Shown in pieces: positions 59,201 through 64,000 of a DNA stretch of 64,000 bases. Numbering within the stretch: the first letter of the stretch is position 1; every line of letters begins with the position of its first letter. The notes under the pieces were generated by a model that ran no database searches, had not been told where the DNA came from, and saw nothing but the letters and a program-made list of their open reading frames with translations. The DNA lies in assembly GCA_963693365.1 (NCBI GenBank), contig CAVNZM010000003.1, positions 13,111,252 through 13,175,251 of the forward strand, written 5' to 3'. The stretch comes from Amoebidium appalachense. Its lineage: Eukaryota > Protista > Ichthyosporea. Both the position numbers and the translations under genes were made by a program.

Positions 59201-62200
59201 GGTGCCGAGTTTGACGGTAGAGGCCAACTTGTCTCGTTTGGATGCAGGGACGTGTACATAGGCTGGGCAGCCGAACACGTGCAGGTGGGAGATGTCAGGC
59301 TTGACACCGTAGAAAATTTCAAACGGTGTACGGCCATTGGCAGCTCTGGCCGGGGTCACGTTGATGATGTAGGCAGCATGCTTGAGAGCAGCTCCCCACA
59401 GCTTGGGGGAAAGGGAGTCGGCCTTGTCCTGATGAAGGAAGCACCGAACGATCTCCTGCAGATCCCTCATCTTACGTTCAACGAAGCCGTTGAGTTGGGG
59501 GCAGTCAACCGGGGCAAATTCCTGAATGATGCCCTTGGACTGGCAGTACTGCTCCATAGCGTGGGAGGTGAACTCGGACCCAGAGTCTGAACGGAAGTGG
59601 GTCACCACCTTGTCGGGTTGCTTGTCAGTAGTCTCAACCAGGGCCTTGACGTATTCGAGAGTTTCGGATCGATCACGGAGGAGGTACACGATGGTGTAGC
59701 CGGAGGCATCACAGGTACACACGAGGGCCACCTTGTAGCCACCATAGGAGGCACAGGGAGGCTCGAAGAAGTCCATGTGCCACTTGGCACCGGGGAAGGG
59801 GCACTGGGTTCTGGTGCCGGAGAATGGGGCCTTGGTGGTCTTGCCGGAGACACAACCGAAGCAGTCAGTGGTGTCAGCCACTGAGAGGGATGAGGGGAGG
59901 CCTGTCACGAGGTCACCTCTCACCATCTTGGTGAGGGTGGACAGGGCACGATGGCCGAGACGGTGGTGCCAGAGCTGAGGATCATTGTTGACCTTGACGT
60001 TGGCTACTAGAGCAGTGACGGTCCGAGGGATGGAGGGACGTATCTCATAGTCAGTGATGAAGTACAGTCCATCTGTGCCTGTGAGGGAACACACGATGTT
60101 GCCACCACGAGTGTAGAGGTATGATGGGAATGCATCCTCATCATCGAGGTGGGCAAGGAGACCCGACTTGGAGGCCATTGAGGGTGATATCAGGAAGGCT
60201 GGGGAGTCGGGTACATAGAGGGTGTTGAGGCTCAGTACTGATGTTACTCCGTTGTAGGTGACGGCCAGGTTGATGACACCACGGTGATGTGCAGTGACGA
60301 TGCCGAGGCCGTGGACGTCAGTCGGGGGGCATGGCTCAAGAGTAGAGAAGTACTCCTTTACTGGGCACACGTGGACGTTTGAAGCCGAGTCCCAGCAGGG
60401 GTCCATGGGTAGGGAGGCCGTGGTGGACACGAGGGCAAAATGCACCTCTTTTCCAGACTTGGTGTTGGCACGGTGACGACGGGCAATTGAGCAGCCAGGT
60501 TTGTCACACTGTGTGACATGATGGTCTTCGTGACAGTAGGCACAGTCGAGGGAGCCAGTGGTCTTGGCTCGGGGTGGCTGGGAATGACGGTTACCCCCTT
60601 TACGTGGGGGGTAGGGTGACCGGGAACGATAGCCGGGGGAACGGGACCGTGAGTAATCACGGTCAACTGAGGGGGATCGATCGGTGGGACGACCGCGGGG
60701 GTGACGGGAGACGGAGCTGTCACGTCGGGGGATCCGGTGTCTGAGGTCGTCCTTGGTGAGGACACGGCTTTGCAGGGCACGTGCTGTTCGGACGGTGGAG
60801 GAGGACCCGGACCCAGAGTCGATGAGACCTTCACGGATCTCTGCAGCTCGGATGTCACTGATTAGACGGTTGTAGGTCTCGTAGTTAATGGTACGACGGA
60901 AGTAGTCGGCAATCATGGCCTGGATGTCGGTACAAACTAACTTACGGTTCTTCTTGAGGTGGATGAAGAAGTTATCAACCATAGTCTTGTGAGGAATGGG
61001 CTCTTCGAGGATGTGCAGGGTAGTGCACAGACGGCGTGCCATGGTGAGGTAGGCCGTGACGGTCTTGAAGTCCTTGAGTTCAAGCTCATGGTAGTCGAGG
61101 AGGATTTGACGAGCACGATCTTCACGTTCAGCCGCATAGGTCATACGGAGGTTGTGGAAAGCTTGGGCAGGTGACACATCATCGTGGATTTGACCAGAGT
61201 TATACAGCTCATCATTGGAGACGAGTTGAGTAAACATCTGTTCAAGGAGGTTGGAAGCCTCGGTGTAGGCCTCCTCAGTGTCGTAGCCGTGCCACTCATT
61301 CTCGTCGGAAGGGTCGACCCACTCGGGGGCCTTGATGACGGGCACTAACTTGGCCGCGGTGGTGGTACGTAGGTACCGGAAGATGACGGGTTCCCACTCA
61401 TAATAGGTGAGACGTTTGCCGGACTTCTTGTCCGTGGTGTCATCCCCTTTCCAGGGGGTGAGGTTGAGATACGCAGGTTTCTCCGACATGGTGATCAATC
61501 AGTCAGATGATGTGTGAGAGAGGAATCAGATCGGTATTCAAATTTGAATATTTTTGATTGCAGCGAGAGTATGTGTTGCGAGAGCGTGCAAAAATGGGCC
61601 TTTAACCTGTTGTTTTGTACGGGTCTAAGGGAGCAGAGTGCACAGAGGTGTCATGTAAAACACGACTAACACATTAATGAGAGGGCAATCGGAGTTGTTC
61701 ACGAGACATTGAAAGATTTCAAACAACAACTGAATCTTTATTGTGCTCTCGGTTCCTTTTGTACTTGCGACTTATCACCTTATCTCAACTAAAGAGGGAG
61801 AACCAATCGGTTGTATCAGAAGATAGAAAAACACATTCCGACAGAGCATACGCATTCCAACTTCCGATTAAACTAAAGTGTAGAAACTCTTACTTAAATA
61901 AATTAAGTAATTATACATCTAGTCACTATTAACTCACATATATATTTATGTTCGTCTCTATAAAGAAACTTATTTAAATACATATATTTCCTAACAGTCG
62001 ACACTCTCAAAGTGAAGACACTTTGCAATAAACCAAATTCCATATATATCTATTGTCCAATCACAACACACATATATTAACAGACAGGAATGCACAACAC
62101 AATCTACAGATGTACTCGCTCGCGACTATTGGCGAGCCATCCTTTTGAGAACAAAACTAAGCCATTTTGAAATAAAGGAAAGACAACGAGTGAGGCTAGC

Positions 62201-62351
62201 CAATCACGCTACCTCTCAGATAAACAGAGGAGAGCAAACAGAAATAAAATACAATAAGTTCTTATCAGGCAAGAGAGCCAGGTGTGCACAGATCTACAGA
62301 TATCTGTGCCCACAGAAACAAGGGAGAGAGAGATACGGGGGGGGGGGGGGG

Positions 62352-62395
<44 letters not shown>

Positions 62396-62487
62396 ACAAA
62401 GAAGGAAAGCAGACACGAATACAAACAAGCTAGGACACATACATACTTCAAGGCTCTTGCTGTCATACATGGTGACGTATTCCAACA
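55468..62487 (-). mobile_element. Young full-length Copia/Ty1 LTR retrotransposon with 5-bp TSD
   Basis: 880-bp LTRs 55468-56347 and 61608-62487 (TGTTG...CAACA; I see two substitutions plus microsatellite slippage); TSD cctcc at 55463-55467 and 62488-62492; PPT ttgagtgggga; PBS ggttaaaggccca. Confidence 0.97.
57066..61498 (-). CDS. Copia gag-PR-IN-RT-RNase H polyprotein, one frame break at the G13 run 58926-58938
   Basis: CAYCHEDHHVTQC, WDSASNVH, WHHRLGH..CFGC, HMD/RSD/ER, LDISTAFLN, YVDD, YSDSD, HRTKHI; the second frame is open back to the homopolymer. Confidence 0.93.
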
Positions 62488-62492
62488 CCTCC

Positions 62493-62523
<31 letters not shown>

Positions 62524-62536
62524 AGTCTCTCTCTCT

Positions 62537-62742
<206 letters not shown>

Positions 62743-62863
62743 CTCCCTCCCTCCCTCCCTCTCCCCCTCCCTCTCCCCACACACATACACACGTTTTTCC
62801 GCACCCCTCCCCTTTCCAACAATTCTACGGCTCATCTTACCTCAACCCACGTGCAATACACAG

Positions 62864-64000
62864 GCATGACATGCAGCTGTGGCAAGAATCGTGCAACATC
62901 AAAGACGGATACAGCGTACTGCACCGGCAAAGGCCCGGGAAATGGTCGGTGTGCGTGCAATGTAAAGGGTGTCGGTTGTAGCCGCCAGTGCAAGTGCTAT
63001 AATTGCAGGAACCCTTTCGGCCGCCATGTACGCAAGGGGGCACCAGCCCGCACTCGCAAGCGCCATCGGGCCAGTGCAGCTTCTGCACCCACTAATGGCA
63101 ACGCGGGCACCACTGGTAGCCAGCAGCTACCAAGGATTCGTGGCTCCCATTTTCTTGTTTCAGTCAGAGAGCCATTGCGCACGGGCAAGTGGGCCATATC
63201 AGAGTCTTTGGCCATTCAAGTTATTGTCGAGACAGCAATACGGAATGGTGTGGATCTCCTCCCAAGCCCCCACTCTCCCCTTCCCCCCCTCTTCTCCACT
63301 GGCCCCCTCCCCCCCCCCCCCCCCCACCACCACCACCACCATAACCACCACACACCACCACCTCCCCTCCTCCCCACCTCCTCTGGGCCTATGATACTCA
63401 GAGCCGAACATGTCACTAGGGCGCACACATATACATGCACATACATGCATTCACACACTGAGGCGCACACACAAACATGCATACGCACGCTTTTACATAT
63501 ACCACTTGCAGTAGACACGTAGACATGTAATCTTCTTCTCATACAGCTTGTGACTGCAGCATGCTAACACGTTGTAATTGTAACCATACTGCAGGTGTCG
63601 AGGTAACAGCCGACGAGGTTCTAAAGAATTACGACCAGCTGCGACTTATCCACAACCTAGCGGAGGTTGGCGATAGTGCTAAGCCTTCAATCCTCCGCGC
63701 ACACACGGTTAAACAAATTCAAGCCAAAATCGACCATTACATGAGACGGAGGCATTTGTTATCAGCCTTGTCAAATGCAGCAGCGTCAGCCAAAGGCAGC
63801 CGCCGCACTGCTACGGTCCCACCTTCCCAGCAACCAAACATGCAGCAGGAGGTGGATCTAATGGATACATCTGGCGGCAACTCACCGCCAAATTCCCCAA
63901 TTGTTCCACCGAGTCAGGGCCTTGGCTCCCAGCGGCCGATCTGCCCCATATACGCAATCCTTTCCCAATGCCGATGGTTCCACCAAACGCGGTTCAAGTT
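62864..64000 (+). CDS. Downstream exons (~62864-63247, 63594 to window end) of the OTU-like gene: CXC/tesmin-like Cys cluster and helical region
   Basis: cacag|; CSCGKNR..YC..RCACNVKGVGCSRQCKCYNCRNP; ctgcag| VEVTADEVLKNYDQL..VKQIQAKIDH open to the window end. Confidence 0.6.

Overview
Intron-rich eukaryotic DNA with many homopolymers and microsatellites; most short Pro/Gly/Ser-Leu ORFs in the ORF track are artefacts of these. Bases 1 to about 15 kb hold a multi-exon + strand gene for a very large extracellular mosaic protein (PAN/apple x2, PA14-like, Calx-beta-like, VWD with GDPH, C8-like, several EGF, SdrD-B-like, Thr-rich stalk). About 17-53 kb is a nest of retroelements: a deleted Gypsy with three inserted pieces of one poly(A)-less non-LTR family, three Ngaro-type tyrosine-recombinase retrotransposons with split direct repeats, a truncated Copia, and a ~182-bp satellite with higher-order structure. 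A young, probably intact Copia (55468-62487) lies in an intron of an OTU-like/CXC gene. The most unusual object is inside the second Ngaro copy (36362-37706). It is a Copia-type LTR and half-tRNA-iMet PBS, followed by a 356-bp highly structured cassette. The cassette carries the exact PPT/LTR-start signal of the intact Copia, a Pol III tRNA-like gene (Phe-like body, GGA anticodon) and a kissing-hairpin tail ending in ACCA. This is a candidate tRNA-carrying non-autonomous LTR element. All domain calls are motif recognition by eye; no searches were run.
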